Assembly: GCA_963793425.1 (NCBI GenBank)
Contig: CAWCAG010000009.1
Coordinates: 640,001-704,000, forward strand
Reading direction: 5' to 3'
Length of the DNA: 64,000 nucleotides
Source of the DNA: an uncultured cyanobacterium
Lineage (GTDB): Bacteria > Cyanobacteriota > Cyanobacteriia > Cyanobacteriales > CAWCAG01
A model generated the notes under the pieces. That model did no database searches. It was not told the origin of the DNA and saw nothing but the letters and a program-made list of their open reading frames with translations. Position numbers and translations under genes: made by a program. Positions 29,282-39,861 of the stretch are shown in pieces. Each line of letters begins with the position of its first letter. Position 1 is the first letter of the stretch.

Positions 29282-30235
29282 ATGGAATCAGAAGCAATCT
29301 TAGTTAGCATAATTATTAATAACTACAATTACGCCCAGTTTTTGCCAGAAGCAATAGAAAGCGCCTTAACTCAAAATTATCCTCATACTGAAATTATTGT
29401 AGTTGATGATGGTTCTACCGATAACTCACGAGAGATTATTAGTAATTACGAAGAAAAAGTTATTCCTGCACTAAAAGAAAATGGAGGACAAGCCTCAGCA
29501 TTCAATGCCGGATTTGCAGCTAGTAAAGGGGAAATAATTTGCTTTCTTGATGCCGATGATTATTACTTACCACAAAAGGTAATTCAAGTTATTAAACTTT
29601 TTGAGCAACATCCCCAAATAGGTTGGATTTTTCACGATTTAGAAGATGTAGATATTAATGGTTCAATCTTAAAAAAACAACGAAAACGTCGTATTTCTGA
29701 ATTTAACTTAGTTGATCTACGGGAAATTATCTTGAAGGGAAAAAAGCTAACTTACTGGTTTACAGCAACAAGTGGCTTGTGTTTTAAACGTAATATTCTT
29801 GAGGAAATATTACCGATGCCAGAGCAGTTTAAGATTTCCAGTGATTCTTTTGTGAGATTAGCAGCAGTTCATCTTTCTCCAGGTATCCTGTCTCCGGAAA
29901 GACTTGCTACTCATCGTAGCCACGGTAATAATTTATATGCTTTTAGAAAAGATGTAGGGATTGAAAGAGCGAAGTTAGGTATTAAAGCAGCCTATTATCT
30001 AAGAGAAAAATTTCCCAACACTAAAAAGTTCACTGATAATTACTTTGCTTCTTCATTAGTTCAGCTTATTCGTTTAACCAATGTAAGCCAATCTTTAGAG
30101 CTATTTGAGGCTCAAAACTACCTAAAATCTGATCCAGAGTTAATTGCTAGGATTGGACTCATTCTTCAGGTAGCTTTTGTTTACATGAAACATCAAGCTA
30201 GACAGGTATTAAATACTGTTTCTAGAAAAACCTAG
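29282..30235 (+). CDS. GT2 glycosyltransferase
   Basis: IIINNYNY, VDDGSTD, NGGQASAFN, FLDADD. Confidence 0.92.
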   Translation: MESEAILVSIIINNYNYAQFLPEAIESALTQNYPHTEIIVVDDGSTDNSREIISNYEEKVIPALKENGGQASAFNAGFAASKGEIICFLDADDYYLPQKVIQVIKLFEQHPQIGWIFHDLEDVDINGSILKKQRKRRISEFNLVDLREIILKGKKLTYWFTATSGLCFKRNILEEILPMPEQFKISSDSFVRLAAVHLSPGILSPERLATHRSHGNNLYAFRKDVGIERAKLGIKAAYYLREKFPNTKKFTDNYFASSLVQLIRLTNVSQSLELFEAQNYLKSDPELIARIGLILQVAFVYMKHQARQVLNTVSRKT

Positions 30236-30244
30236 TTATTTTTA

Positions 30245-31222
30245 GTGAAAATAATGTTCACAAATTTAAAATTACTATCTCGTATCAAACTTAAAAATAT
30301 ACCCCCTAATTTTGCTCAATATTTAGTTAACAACAACTTTTTAGAGCAAAGTTTTTTTCATCCTAAGTATTCTAAGTATAAAAAATGTTGTCAAGACAAA
30401 TTACCTGATATTAGCTCAAATGATGCAGAAATTGTCAATAAGTTAAACAAAAATGGTATTTATATCACTTCTTTATCCTCTCTAAATATAGATAACACAA
30501 CTGAGTTCGTAAATGCAGTGAACAAACTCATGGAAGAACTCACAGAGAGAACTAAAAAAGACAAAGTTAGCTTCGCAGTTAAATCTAACTTAGAACAACT
30601 TATTAAATATCCAGAAATATTTCGCTGGGGTCTTGAAGATAGATTAATAAGTATTGCTTCAAATTATATAGGTCTACCCGTTGCTTACGATACTTTTATG
30701 CCCCATTTAAGTATCAATAATGGTAAAGAAACAGCTACAAGACGTTGGCATATAGATAATGAAGATAGGAAAATGCTCAAAGTCATTATTTACTTTAATG
30801 ATGTGGATGATGAGGATGGCCCTTTTCAATATATGCACCCCGAAATTAGTTCATCACTTTTGCAAAAAGTTAAAAATAAATATAAATTTTTCTACCATCA
30901 AGAAATTAAAGAATTAATACCTGCTTCTCGACAAGACTGGTTAAAAACTTATACTGGAAAAGCTGGAACTGTAATTATTGTAGATACTGCTCACTCCTAT
31001 CATCGTGGTAAACCTCCTACTAAATCTCCACGGCGTGCAGTTAGTTTTGGGTACTTAAGTCGTCGTCCTCATCAACCTTTTCGGGCCGGTAGAAATCTTT
31101 TGTCTCAAGATGAATTATCTCGTCTAGCAGCAGAACTTTCCTTAGAAAAACAGGCTTGCGTTTATTGGCAAGATTCACTTCCTCCTATAGCTAAATGGAT
31201 TCCTAAATATTCATATTTTTGA
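30245..31222 (+). CDS. 2OG-Fe(II) dioxygenase (PhyH-like)
   Basis: WHID (HxD), GPFQY, GKAGTVIIVDT, YHRG, distal Arg. Confidence 0.8.
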   Translation: MKIMFTNLKLLSRIKLKNIPPNFAQYLVNNNFLEQSFFHPKYSKYKKCCQDKLPDISSNDAEIVNKLNKNGIYITSLSSLNIDNTTEFVNAVNKLMEELTERTKKDKVSFAVKSNLEQLIKYPEIFRWGLEDRLISIASNYIGLPVAYDTFMPHLSINNGKETATRRWHIDNEDRKMLKVIIYFNDVDDEDGPFQYMHPEISSSLLQKVKNKYKFFYHQEIKELIPASRQDWLKTYTGKAGTVIIVDTAHSYHRGKPPTKSPRRAVSFGYLSRRPHQPFRAGRNLLSQDELSRLAAELSLEKQACVYWQDSLPPIAKWIPKYSYF

Positions 31223-31246
31223 ATATTTATAAAAAGGAGAATAACT

Positions 31247-31759
31247 ATGTCTGTTATGCGTGATTTAGCAACTTCAATTTTTTCACAGATGTATACTCGT
31301 AGTCTGAGAAAGCAACATCTGTATAAGTCAAAAAAAGACCAAATTAGAAACGATGTTGTTCATTTTGAAATTGCGGAAAATGTGGGTCTAGAAGTTTATT
31401 GGAAAATTCTTAAAGTAGCAGAAGGGCCTTCCCTAATATTTTATGCTCTCGGCTACGAAATTCTTAGATTTGATACTTATATTAATGGGCAAGGTCATTG
31501 TCATATTCAACTTGTAGAATGTCAAAAAAAGCCTAGATCACGTTTATTTTTGCCAGAAAAGACTGTTAAAGAACAAATTGGAAGGAGCATATTTGAACTA
31601 CAAAATAATCTCTATTATTGGCTGCAACGTCATCCTGACAGTCAAGTTCGTAGACTTAAAGTTGATAAAAGTAAACTGCAAATAGCGACAGAAAAAGCTA
31701 AAGGAAAAATGTTGGAATATGCGGAGAAGATTAAAAATACGGCGCAAATAACTAATTAA
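31247..31759 (+). CDS. Hypothetical protein
   Basis: Strong RBS (AAGGAG); 170-aa ORF within the operon; EILRFD...GHCH motif. Confidence 0.7.
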   Translation: MSVMRDLATSIFSQMYTRSLRKQHLYKSKKDQIRNDVVHFEIAENVGLEVYWKILKVAEGPSLIFYALGYEILRFDTYINGQGHCHIQLVECQKKPRSRLFLPEKTVKEQIGRSIFELQNNLYYWLQRHPDSQVRRLKVDKSKLQIATEKAKGKMLEYAEKIKNTAQITN

Positions 31760-31762
31760 AAA

Positions 31763-32644
31763 GTGGATACAACAATGTCAGTAATTACTGAATTAAACAA
31801 AAAGACTATCCAAACTTATCAAAGAATTTTCACAAGATCAAAACGAGAATGGTACAAAAAAACAGCAAGGCTAAATCCTCAAACTATTTTCTTACTTGGA
31901 CATCCTAAAGCGGGTACTACGGTTATTGCAGCTTTGCTAAGTAAAATATCAGGAAAAACATTAATTAGTGACCCAATTTTTCGCATTAACAAAAGTGTAA
32001 AAATTCGTCAGCAGTTACACACCAATAAGCTTGGCTTTGACCGTTTTCTTCAGAACCATCAATATTGTTTCGCTGCTGATATTGTCAAAGACCCCTATTT
32101 AATTTTTTTCTTTGATGAATTAAAGAGAAACTTTCCTGAAGCTAAATTTGTGTTTATTAATCGTGACCCCCGTGACAACATTCGTAGTATTCTCAATCGT
32201 TTAGAGATTCCAGGTAATCTGCAAAAATTAGAAGCTAATTATCGAGAAAAATTACCAAATTTACCAAGAGGTAGTGATTGGCCAGAAATCATAGAAGGAT
32301 TATTACCTCCTGTAGCTGGCAATAATTATATTGAAAGGTTAGCTCATCGCTGGAACCTTGCTGTAGATATATACCAAGCAAATCGAGACTATTTAGTTTA
32401 TATTCGTTACGAAGATTTTTTAATTAATAAAGAAAGTTTTATTAAAGAGTTAGCAGAAAAAATGGGGCTAAAGCCTATTAATGATATTTCAACTCTGGTA
32501 AACGTACAATATCAGCCTCGTGGCAATCATAATCTTACCTGGGTAGATTTTTTTAGCCAAGAAAATCTTAGTCGTATTGAAGCTATTTGTGAAGAGCGTA
32601 TGAAGTTATTTAATTATCAAGTATTGAAAAATAATTCATCTTAA
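31763..32644 (+). CDS. Sulfotransferase family protein
   Basis: LLGHPKAGTT, NRDPRDNIRS, IRYEDF. Confidence 0.85.
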   Translation: MDTTMSVITELNKKTIQTYQRIFTRSKREWYKKTARLNPQTIFLLGHPKAGTTVIAALLSKISGKTLISDPIFRINKSVKIRQQLHTNKLGFDRFLQNHQYCFAADIVKDPYLIFFFDELKRNFPEAKFVFINRDPRDNIRSILNRLEIPGNLQKLEANYREKLPNLPRGSDWPEIIEGLLPPVAGNNYIERLAHRWNLAVDIYQANRDYLVYIRYEDFLINKESFIKELAEKMGLKPINDISTLVNVQYQPRGNHNLTWVDFFSQENLSRIEAICEERMKLFNYQVLKNNSS

Positions 32645-32737
32645 ATAGTGGCATCAATATAAAAAATAGACTAATAGTAGTAAATAAAAACGGTTCTTAT
32701 ATTGAACAGTTTTGTAACAACGTTGACTTAAGTAATC

Positions 32738-33832
32738 ATGGTATCAATTACACAAACACTAGAAAACTGGACACTACCTCATAGATTATGGAAAACAGGC
32801 GCACCTCTTCCCACTCCCCTCTTAGAAAGTGCGACAACGGTTATTGATAATCAGCTATATGTCTTTGGTGGTTTTACATTTAGATGGCAAGCAACCAAAG
32901 ATATATATGCCTACAATCTCGAAGCAGATCAATGGACTAAATTAGGTGAAATGCCTACTCCCGTAACCCATGTCAATGCAGTCCTTGATGAGTCGCGGGT
33001 GTGGTTTGCTGGTGGCTTTGTGGGGAATCATCCTGGTGCGACAACGGAACAAGTTTGGCGATATGATAGCAAGGATAATTCTTGGACAGAGGGTATCCCT
33101 CTACCTCAACCTCGTGCAGGGGGTGGTCTTCAGATTATTAATGGTGAACTTCATTATTTTGGTGGCTTTGCAGCAGACAGAGATACTACTTGTGGAGAAC
33201 ATTGGGCGCTGCCACTAGAAGGAGGAACAGAATGGGTGGAAAAAGCGCCTCTACCAAATCCAAAGGGTCATGTTTCAAGTATTACTGTTGGTGAAAAAAT
33301 CTATGCCATTGGTGGCCAACAGCGCCATGATACTAATCCTATTGATGTGAATTCAGTTCATGTTTATGATTCGGTAAAAGATACTTGGTTAGAATTGGCT
33401 AGTTTGCCCGAACCTAGATCGCATTTTGAGCCATCCACTTTTGCGCTAGATGATTACATCGTTATTATTGGTGGACGTAATAATCAAAATCGCCATTTAT
33501 TGAGTGAAAAGCTAACAGATATATTTGATCATAAAAATGACAAATTAATTGATGATTTTCCCCTACAGGTTTTTCTGGCGCTGAAATATTCAATTAAAGG
33601 TTCTAAGTACTATACAAATTTACTTCCCAAAATTACTATTTATGACATCAAACTAGACACTTGGAGTGAACTAGCATCTTTACCAACTCATCTTTATGCC
33701 CCTGTGGCTAATGTGATTAGTAAATGGTTGGTTATTAGCGGAGGAGGTAGAATTAGGCATATTAATGTGCAATCTAGAACTCTACTTAATCAGAGCTTGA
33801 TAGATATTATTAAAACTAAAAGCAGAGAGTAA
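32738..33832 (+). CDS. Kelch-repeat beta-propeller protein
   Basis: Repeated YVFGG/FAGG/YFGG/AIGG...W..P.P units. Confidence 0.88.
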   Translation: MVSITQTLENWTLPHRLWKTGAPLPTPLLESATTVIDNQLYVFGGFTFRWQATKDIYAYNLEADQWTKLGEMPTPVTHVNAVLDESRVWFAGGFVGNHPGATTEQVWRYDSKDNSWTEGIPLPQPRAGGGLQIINGELHYFGGFAADRDTTCGEHWALPLEGGTEWVEKAPLPNPKGHVSSITVGEKIYAIGGQQRHDTNPIDVNSVHVYDSVKDTWLELASLPEPRSHFEPSTFALDDYIVIIGGRNNQNRHLLSEKLTDIFDHKNDKLIDDFPLQVFLALKYSIKGSKYYTNLLPKITIYDIKLDTWSELASLPTHLYAPVANVISKWLVISGGGRIRHINVQSRTLLNQSLIDIIKTKSRE

Positions 33833-33883
33833 AAAGATAAACAATTTATCTGGATGTTTGGGATAGAAAATTGCTGAAAAAAA

Positions 33884-34418
33884 ATGAATAAAAAACACTC
33901 TTATTTAGTCTCGGATAGCAATATAATTAATTACCAATTATACAATTTTGAGGATTTGGAACTCCGTAGACCTAAATCTGAAAAATCTTGAGGGAATGAT
34001 TTCTTTGTTAAAAAAAATCAAGACTCCCAAAATACTTTTCTGGTTTTCTGTCCGTCATCCTAAATATCAGGAAAACTACAATCCTAACGCCAGATACAAA
34101 GAGTTCATAAGGTCTAAAATTAGTAACGTTTTGGAAACTGTTTCTCAAAATAGGATTGGCTTTTTCCTGGGATATGCTCCCGAAAAGTATATATATGAAA
34201 ACTTCCCCCATCTGATTAATGAGCAAATGATGGAAGTCCTCAAGCCCCATAGTGATGCCTATGTAGAGTGTGTTACTCAAGTTGGTTTACCTCAAACTCT
34301 GATTAATTTTCAAGGAGAAAAAGTTGGCACAGATAACTACTATCCTTCTCCTAAAATGCACCAAGAAGCTGCTAAGTTACTTTATCCAGTTTGCCAAAAT
34401 ATACTGGAGAATAAATGA
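33884..34418 (+). pseudogene. DUF6473-like gene with internal deletion and frameshift
   Basis: ATG 33884 MNKKHSYLVSDSNIINYQLY...LRRPK stops at 33991; C-terminal part (LFWFSVR.P, FPHLIN, YVECVT..GLPQ, NYYPSP.MH) is in another frame. Confidence 0.6.
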
Positions 34419-34995
34419 AAAATTCTGAGATTATTCCTAAAATTCAAAGATTTAAAGTTCGGCTAGATGATTGGCTTTTAGCAAAGAAACTTCTCCCAGA
34501 CCAAGACAAATATCAAAAATTTATTGTTCTCACCCGTGCCAGAACCGGATCAAATTTTTTAATGAGCTTATTGCAATCCCATCCCGGCATTCGTGCCTTT
34601 GAAGAAATCTTCCCGAAAAAAGAAACCAAGCTCCATTGGGGTTATGCAAACTATCCCCGCTCTCCAGAAGTTATCAAACTGAGGAAAGAACAGCCCATAC
34701 AATTTATAAATGAAATTGCCTGAAACTATTTGTAGAAACAAAAAAATGGGAAGAGGAGTACGATGCTTTTTTTGAAGAGCATCAAAAGCTTGAGTTGATT
34801 TATGAAAACTTAGTGCAAAATACTAAGGAAGAAACTAAGGGAGTGCAGCAGTTTTTAGAAGTAAAACCACAAAACTTATATTCATTAACCTTGAAGCAAA
34901 ATAAAGGTAAACTGTCTGAAAGAATTGCCAACTACTATGAATTAAAAGAAAAGTTTCAAGATTCTGCATGGAGCAGGTTTTTTACTGATGATTAA
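34415..34995 (+). pseudogene. Stf0-like sulfotransferase with internal deletion and frameshift
   Basis: FIVLTRARTGSNFLMSLLQSHP N-terminus stops at 34723; C-terminus (LIYENLV...VQQFL...IANYYELK) continues in another frame; central part absent. Confidence 0.72.
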
Positions 34996-36043
34996 GAAAC
35001 GCATCAAAAGCTTCCTAAAATCAATAGGTGATTTGGGGAAACAACCGCCGCAACAAAGCGATGAATTAGTTGCTCAAATTAATCAAACAACGATGGAATA
35101 TACAACTCTAGGTCGAACTGGACTTAGGGTCAGTGTGATGGGTTTAGGTACTGGAGGATATAGTAAAATTGGTCAAAATACGGGCAAGAGTCAAGCAGAA
35201 TCTATAGCTTTAGTTTGTAACGCATTTGATTTTGGTATTAACTTTTTTGATACGGCAGAAGGTTATAATACTGAAGTAATTATCGGCAAAGCCCTTAAGC
35301 AAATTAAGCGGGAAAATGTAGTTTTATCTACTAAGAAGAAGATGCGTCCTCAAGGGGCATTGATTACTGGTAAAGAATTGGTCAAGGGATTAGAAAAAAG
35401 CCTGAGAAAACTTAAAACTGATTATGTAGATATCTACAATTTGCATGGTGTAGCCATAGATGAATATGACTATGTTTTAACCGAACTTATGCCAGTTTTA
35501 TTGAAGATGCGCGATGCTGGTAAAATTCGCTTTCTTGGCATCACAGAAGCATTTACAAAAGACCCAAACCATAAAATGTTAGAGCGTGCAGTTGAAGATA
35601 ATTGTTGGGATACTATTATGGTAGGTTTTAATATTCTCAATCAATCTGCCCAAAAACTAGTACTCCCCCAAGCTGCTGCTAAAAATATAGGTGTACTGGC
35701 AATGTTTGCTGTTAGACGAGCATTAAAGAACAGGAATAGATTAGAAAAAGCCATACTAAAGTTGAAACAAATGGGATATTCTGAACTAGAAACTTTAAAT
35801 GCAGAACATCCTTTAGATTTTCTTTTTTATGAAGGTGGGGCTAAAAATATTACAGATGCAGCTTATCGCTTTTGTCGCCATCAATCAGGAGTTGATTTAG
35901 TGTTGTTTGGTACAGGAAATGTTGAGCATCTTGCAGCTAATGTTGCTTCTTTATTAAGCCCTCCCCTACCTGATGCAGATTTATTGAGGCTAAAAGAGTT
36001 GTTTGCCAAAGTCAATAATTTTACAGGCAGTGAAAAGTTATGA
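34988..36043 (+). CDS. Aldo/keto reductase
   Basis: LGRTGLRVS, GINFFDTAEGY, SLRKLKTDYVDIY.LH, GKIRFLG. Confidence 0.92.
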   Translation: MIKKRIKSFLKSIGDLGKQPPQQSDELVAQINQTTMEYTTLGRTGLRVSVMGLGTGGYSKIGQNTGKSQAESIALVCNAFDFGINFFDTAEGYNTEVIIGKALKQIKRENVVLSTKKKMRPQGALITGKELVKGLEKSLRKLKTDYVDIYNLHGVAIDEYDYVLTELMPVLLKMRDAGKIRFLGITEAFTKDPNHKMLERAVEDNCWDTIMVGFNILNQSAQKLVLPQAAAKNIGVLAMFAVRRALKNRNRLEKAILKLKQMGYSELETLNAEHPLDFLFYEGGAKNITDAAYRFCRHQSGVDLVLFGTGNVEHLAANVASLLSPPLPDADLLRLKELFAKVNNFTGSEKL

Positions 36044-36071
36044 TACTGTTATTTCTGGCAAAAAATAAGTG

Positions 36072-37253
36072 ATGAAGCCAACAGTAATTATTTATCGTGA
36101 CCAATTAATTCCCTACTCAGAAACATTCATCCCCGCACAGGTTGAAAACTTATCTGAATACACTGGTTTTTATGTTGGTAGTACTTCCTTTTCTAATGCA
36201 GGAGCAATGATTCCTTCAGAAAGAAGTATTGTCTTGGGTAATGTGGTTTCTTCTCCTGGAATCTGGAAAACCATCTATAAATTAACTGGCTTTCCCCACC
36301 CTAACTGGCTCAAAAGTTTAAAAAAATTATCCCCTACTCTAATGCACGCCCACTTTGGCTTAGATGGCTTATTAGCCCTACCTTTAGCACAGACATTAGA
36401 CATACCTTTAATAGTTACTTTTCATGGCTATTATGCCACAGCAAAAATAGAAGAGAAATCCGGTAAAAATCTTTTTTCCTACACCTCAGATTATCTGAAT
36501 AGGCGTGGTCAATTTTTTCGAGAATTCTACGGTAGAAATCGTCACCGCCTCTTTCAAGAAGCAGATAGTTTTATTGCTGTTTCTGAATTTATTCGGAGTA
36601 AATTAATTGCAACGGGATGTCCTGAATCTAAAATTAGAGTTCATTATATTGGCATTGATACGGAAAAATTCGCACCACAACCAGAGATTCAAAAAGAACC
36701 AATTGTTTTATTTGTGGGACGTTTTGTAGAAAAGAAAGGGTGCGAATATTTAATTAAAGCAATGGCTCAGATTCAAACAACTTTTCCTGAAGTGGAGTTA
36801 GTCTTAATTGGAGATGGGCCTCTGCGTTTAGAGTTAGAAGAATTAGCTAAAAAATCACTTCGTCGCTACCGCTTTTTAGGAGTGCAACCATCACCTACTG
36901 TTAAAAAATGGATGGCGCGATCGCAGCTTCTCTGCGCCCCCAGTGTTACTACAGCACAGGGAGAGTCAGAAGGTTTGCCCATTGTTATTTTAGAAGCAAT
37001 GGCTATGGGTTTACCTGTAGTTAGTTCTTTTCACGCGGGTATCCCGGAAGCAGTGGTTTCTGGGGAAACAGGATTTTTAACCCCAGAAAGAGATTGGCAA
37101 GGAATTGCTGAAAATATATCTACCTTACTTCAAAATAAACAACTGAGAGAAGATTTTGCTTCTGCCGGACGCAAGTTGGCAACAAGCAAATTTAATCTCC
37201 AGTCTAATAGTAGGCAGTTAGCAGAAATATATAATGAGGTTGTTGCTAAATAG
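36072..37253 (+). CDS. GT4 glycosyltransferase (WcaL/AmsK-like)
   Basis: SETFI, HAHFG, TFHG, VGRFVEKKG, SEGLPIVILEAMA. Confidence 0.93.
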   Translation: MKPTVIIYRDQLIPYSETFIPAQVENLSEYTGFYVGSTSFSNAGAMIPSERSIVLGNVVSSPGIWKTIYKLTGFPHPNWLKSLKKLSPTLMHAHFGLDGLLALPLAQTLDIPLIVTFHGYYATAKIEEKSGKNLFSYTSDYLNRRGQFFREFYGRNRHRLFQEADSFIAVSEFIRSKLIATGCPESKIRVHYIGIDTEKFAPQPEIQKEPIVLFVGRFVEKKGCEYLIKAMAQIQTTFPEVELVLIGDGPLRLELEELAKKSLRRYRFLGVQPSPTVKKWMARSQLLCAPSVTTAQGESEGLPIVILEAMAMGLPVVSSFHAGIPEAVVSGETGFLTPERDWQGIAENISTLLQNKQLREDFASAGRKLATSKFNLQSNSRQLAEIYNEVVAK

Positions 37254-37454
37254 CGAGGATAAAATCATACCAGAAAAGCAACTGGATGAGTATTGTCGTC
37301 CTGTTGTTGATGACTGTAGTATTAGACTAAACAAAGAGTAAACAGAGAGAATGAAGTGCAAATAGGGAGAAAATGATTTGTAGCAATTAAATACGTAATC
37401 TCCCTACCATGAAATATGAACGATTAAAAAAGTTTCGTCCCATTTCTTAGTCTA

Positions 37455-37570
37455 AACTACAGTAAACATGGAAGTGGGCTTAACATTGCCGAATGTGAGT
37501 TGAGTGTCCTCACCCGCCAATGTTTAAGAGGGCGACGCTTTGAAGATATTGAGATGCTTGTTCGGGAACT
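37455..37570 (+). mobile_element. IS630-family transposase C-terminal fragment
   Basis: Translates SKHGSGLNIAECELSVLTRQCL.GRRFEDIEMLVREL, close to the IS630 motif PKH(G/A)SWLN.AE.E.SVL.RQCL. Confidence 0.78.
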
Positions 37571-37894
37571 CTTTTTTACTCTTCTTGAATTTTTAGACAA
37601 GTTCATATAAGAAGCGATCACACTTTTTAAGTTCTTGACTTGGTGCGATCGCTTGATTAGTTTCCATTCTGTTAGTTTTTCCCAAAGGGAAAAGGCTGCC
37701 CTCTGAAACCCTTGCCCTGAATGCCCTCCACAGCGAATTTTCGCGGGATAGCACGAAAGAATACGGGTTTCAGCGTTTGACAACTTCCCACGAAAGAGGA
37801 AGTTATAACAGGCTATAGTTAGTATAGCCCAGTTTTATAGCCTTTAAACAACTTTTCATCGCCAAATTTGCTCAATTAAGGAATTAGGGAAATT

Positions 37895-37936
37895 TAGCAA
37901 CTAGCAACTAGCAATTAGCAACTAGCAATTAGCAAT
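37895..37936. repeat. Heptamer tandem repeat TAGCAA(C/T) x6 (STRR)
   Basis: Directly visible. Confidence 0.85.
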
Positions 37937-37993
37937 TGTTGAACTAGAATAGTTACATAGCTTCCAACAGATATTCTGAGGATAGTGGGTGAT

Positions 37994-38359
37994 ATGAAAA
38001 GATTAAGTGTCGGGATTTTATTCTTACTAGGATTAAGCTTGAGTAGTTCTACTGCAATTGCTCAAGAATTAGAACCAGATTTGCCTCCTAACTCTACAAC
38101 TTTGGGAAACGAACCTGTAAAAATTGAGCCAAGTTCTTTGTCTCCAATTCAGTTTCCTCCACAACTAAATACAGTATCTTTACAAGATGGTATTTATTAC
38201 GAAACTAATCCTGTTTTCGGGGGTGTTCAATATGAAGTTACCTTAGAAGAAGTGACTCTCGAAGATGAAAACTGGAGTCATGGTGTATTTCTTGATGAAA
38301 ATTACCTACAACAAGATATACAAGATCGTAATGGGGTGTTTATTAAAAATAAATTTTAG
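37994..38359 (+). CDS. Hypothetical secreted protein
   Basis: Signal peptide MKRLSVGILFLLGLSLSSSTAIA; acidic mature part ending in Phe. Confidence 0.7.
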   Translation: MKRLSVGILFLLGLSLSSSTAIAQELEPDLPPNSTTLGNEPVKIEPSSLSPIQFPPQLNTVSLQDGIYYETNPVFGGVQYEVTLEEVTLEDENWSHGVFLDENYLQQDIQDRNGVFIKNKF

Positions 38360-38400
38360 CTTAATGGCCAATGGCTAATAGTTTTCTCCCTGTCACCTCG

Positions 38401-39837
38401 TCACCCCCTCACCTCCTCCATTGGTAAGAAAACGCTAAAGGTTGTCTTTCCTGGCTGACTTTCTACTGAGATTTTGCCTTGGTGTTTATCAATAATCTTG
38501 CGAACGATACTTAATCCTAAGCCGCTACCTTCTCCTGGACTTTTAGTAGTAAAGAAAGGTTGGAAAATTTTCTCTTTTGTTTCTGCTGGAATGCCACAAC
38601 CTGAGTCAGTAATTTTGATTGCTACATAATTATTTTGTGGTCTAATTTCTATACCTAAATTGCCCTTATTTTTCATAGCTTGGATAGCATTGTAAATTAA
38701 ATTAAGCCACATTTGCTTAATTTCATCAGGACAACAAGAAATTTTAGGAATGCTTTGGTAGCTTTTACTAACTTCTATACCTTGTTTGAAACGAGTTTGT
38801 TGCGATTCTAAAACTGCTTCTATGCCTTCTGTTAAATCAACCAAAAGCTTCTCGCTAGAACGTTCGTAATCAGCATAGGTTTTTAAAACAAACACGATCT
38901 TATTGGTTAGTTCTGTTGCTTTGACGATGGTTTTTGTATTGCGGTATAAAGAGGTAAGATCATAAATCGTGTTCAAAATTTTTTGGCAGTTGTCATCTTT
39001 TAAAATGGGTAAAGTAAATTCCCATTCGTCATAAATTCCTATACCAATTAAGATATTAGCCTTTGAGCTTGCATCACTAATCTTATGTTCTTTTAGTTGT
39101 TTAACTAACTCTCTTTTTAAAGAGCGTTTTTCCCTAGAAGACAAGGAAAAAATATTGTTTTGTTGAGTAGCAATTTTTAATAAACTTAGAACTACGAAAT
39201 GATATTGGGGAGGAAGTTCTTGAAAAAAATCTGGTAATTGGCTAAGAATTTCTCGAAAAAAGTAGAGGCTGTTATCTGCTGAAGAACGGATTGCCGCAAG
39301 GGGGCTGTTCATTTCATGGGCAACTCCTGCTACTAATTGAGTTAAGTGGCTCTCACTTTCTTTTAACTGTTTAATTAGTTTAGCTTGGTCATGATTTAAT
39401 TGTTGTAATTGGGCATTTTGCTTTTCAAGTTGTTGAGATTGTAAATAGCTTTTAACTGCTTCTTTGATAGTTAAACTAAGGTCTTCAGTTTCCCAAGGCT
39501 TAGCAATATAACGATATAGTTTGGCTGAATTAATCGCGTTGGTTATTCCTTCTATTTTTGCTTGGCCAGTGAGCATTATTTTGAGGGTTTGGGGCGAAAC
39601 TTGATGAATTTTTCTTAAAACCTCATCCCCTTTCAAATCTGGCATGATATAGTCGGAAATCACTACAGCAATTTCACAATTTTCTTCTAATAACTCAGCA
39701 ACTAAATCTAATGCTTCTCCCCCACTAATAGCGGTTTCAATATCAAAATCATCTTCTAGTTCTTCTGATAACTGTCTTCTTAAACTATCGAGAACAGTTT
39801 CTTCATCATCAACACACATAATAATAGGTTTATTCAT
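38401..39837 (-). CDS. Hybrid receiver-histidine kinase (NtrB-type transmitter)
   Basis: [29 protein letters not shown] box, DSGCGI, FFTTK, GSGLGL. Confidence 0.92.
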   Translation of the reverse strand: MNKPIIMCVDDEETVLDSLRRQLSEELEDDFDIETAISGGEALDLVAELLEENCEIAVVISDYIMPDLKGDEVLRKIHQVSPQTLKIMLTGQAKIEGITNAINSAKLYRYIAKPWETEDLSLTIKEAVKSYLQSQQLEKQNAQLQQLNHDQAKLIKQLKESESHLTQLVAGVAHEMNSPLAAIRSSADNSLYFFREILSQLPDFFQELPPQYHFVVLSLLKIATQQNNIFSLSSREKRSLKRELVKQLKEHKISDASSKANILIGIGIYDEWEFTLPILKDDNCQKILNTIYDLTSLYRNTKTIVKATELTNKIVFVLKTYADYERSSEKLLVDLTEGIEAVLESQQTRFKQGIEVSKSYQSIPKISCCPDEIKQMWLNLIYNAIQAMKNKGNLGIEIRPQNNYVAIKITDSGCGIPAETKEKIFQPFFTTKSPGEGSGLGLSIVRKIIDKHQGKISVESQPGKTTFSVFLPMEEVRG

Positions 39838-39861
39838 AAAACATCTCCGGAAAAGAGGGTT

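Noticed and set aside
37457..37783. 108-aa minus-strand ORF
   Set aside because: TTG start, no recognisable motif, and its 3' part is antisense to the IS630 fragment; probably spurious
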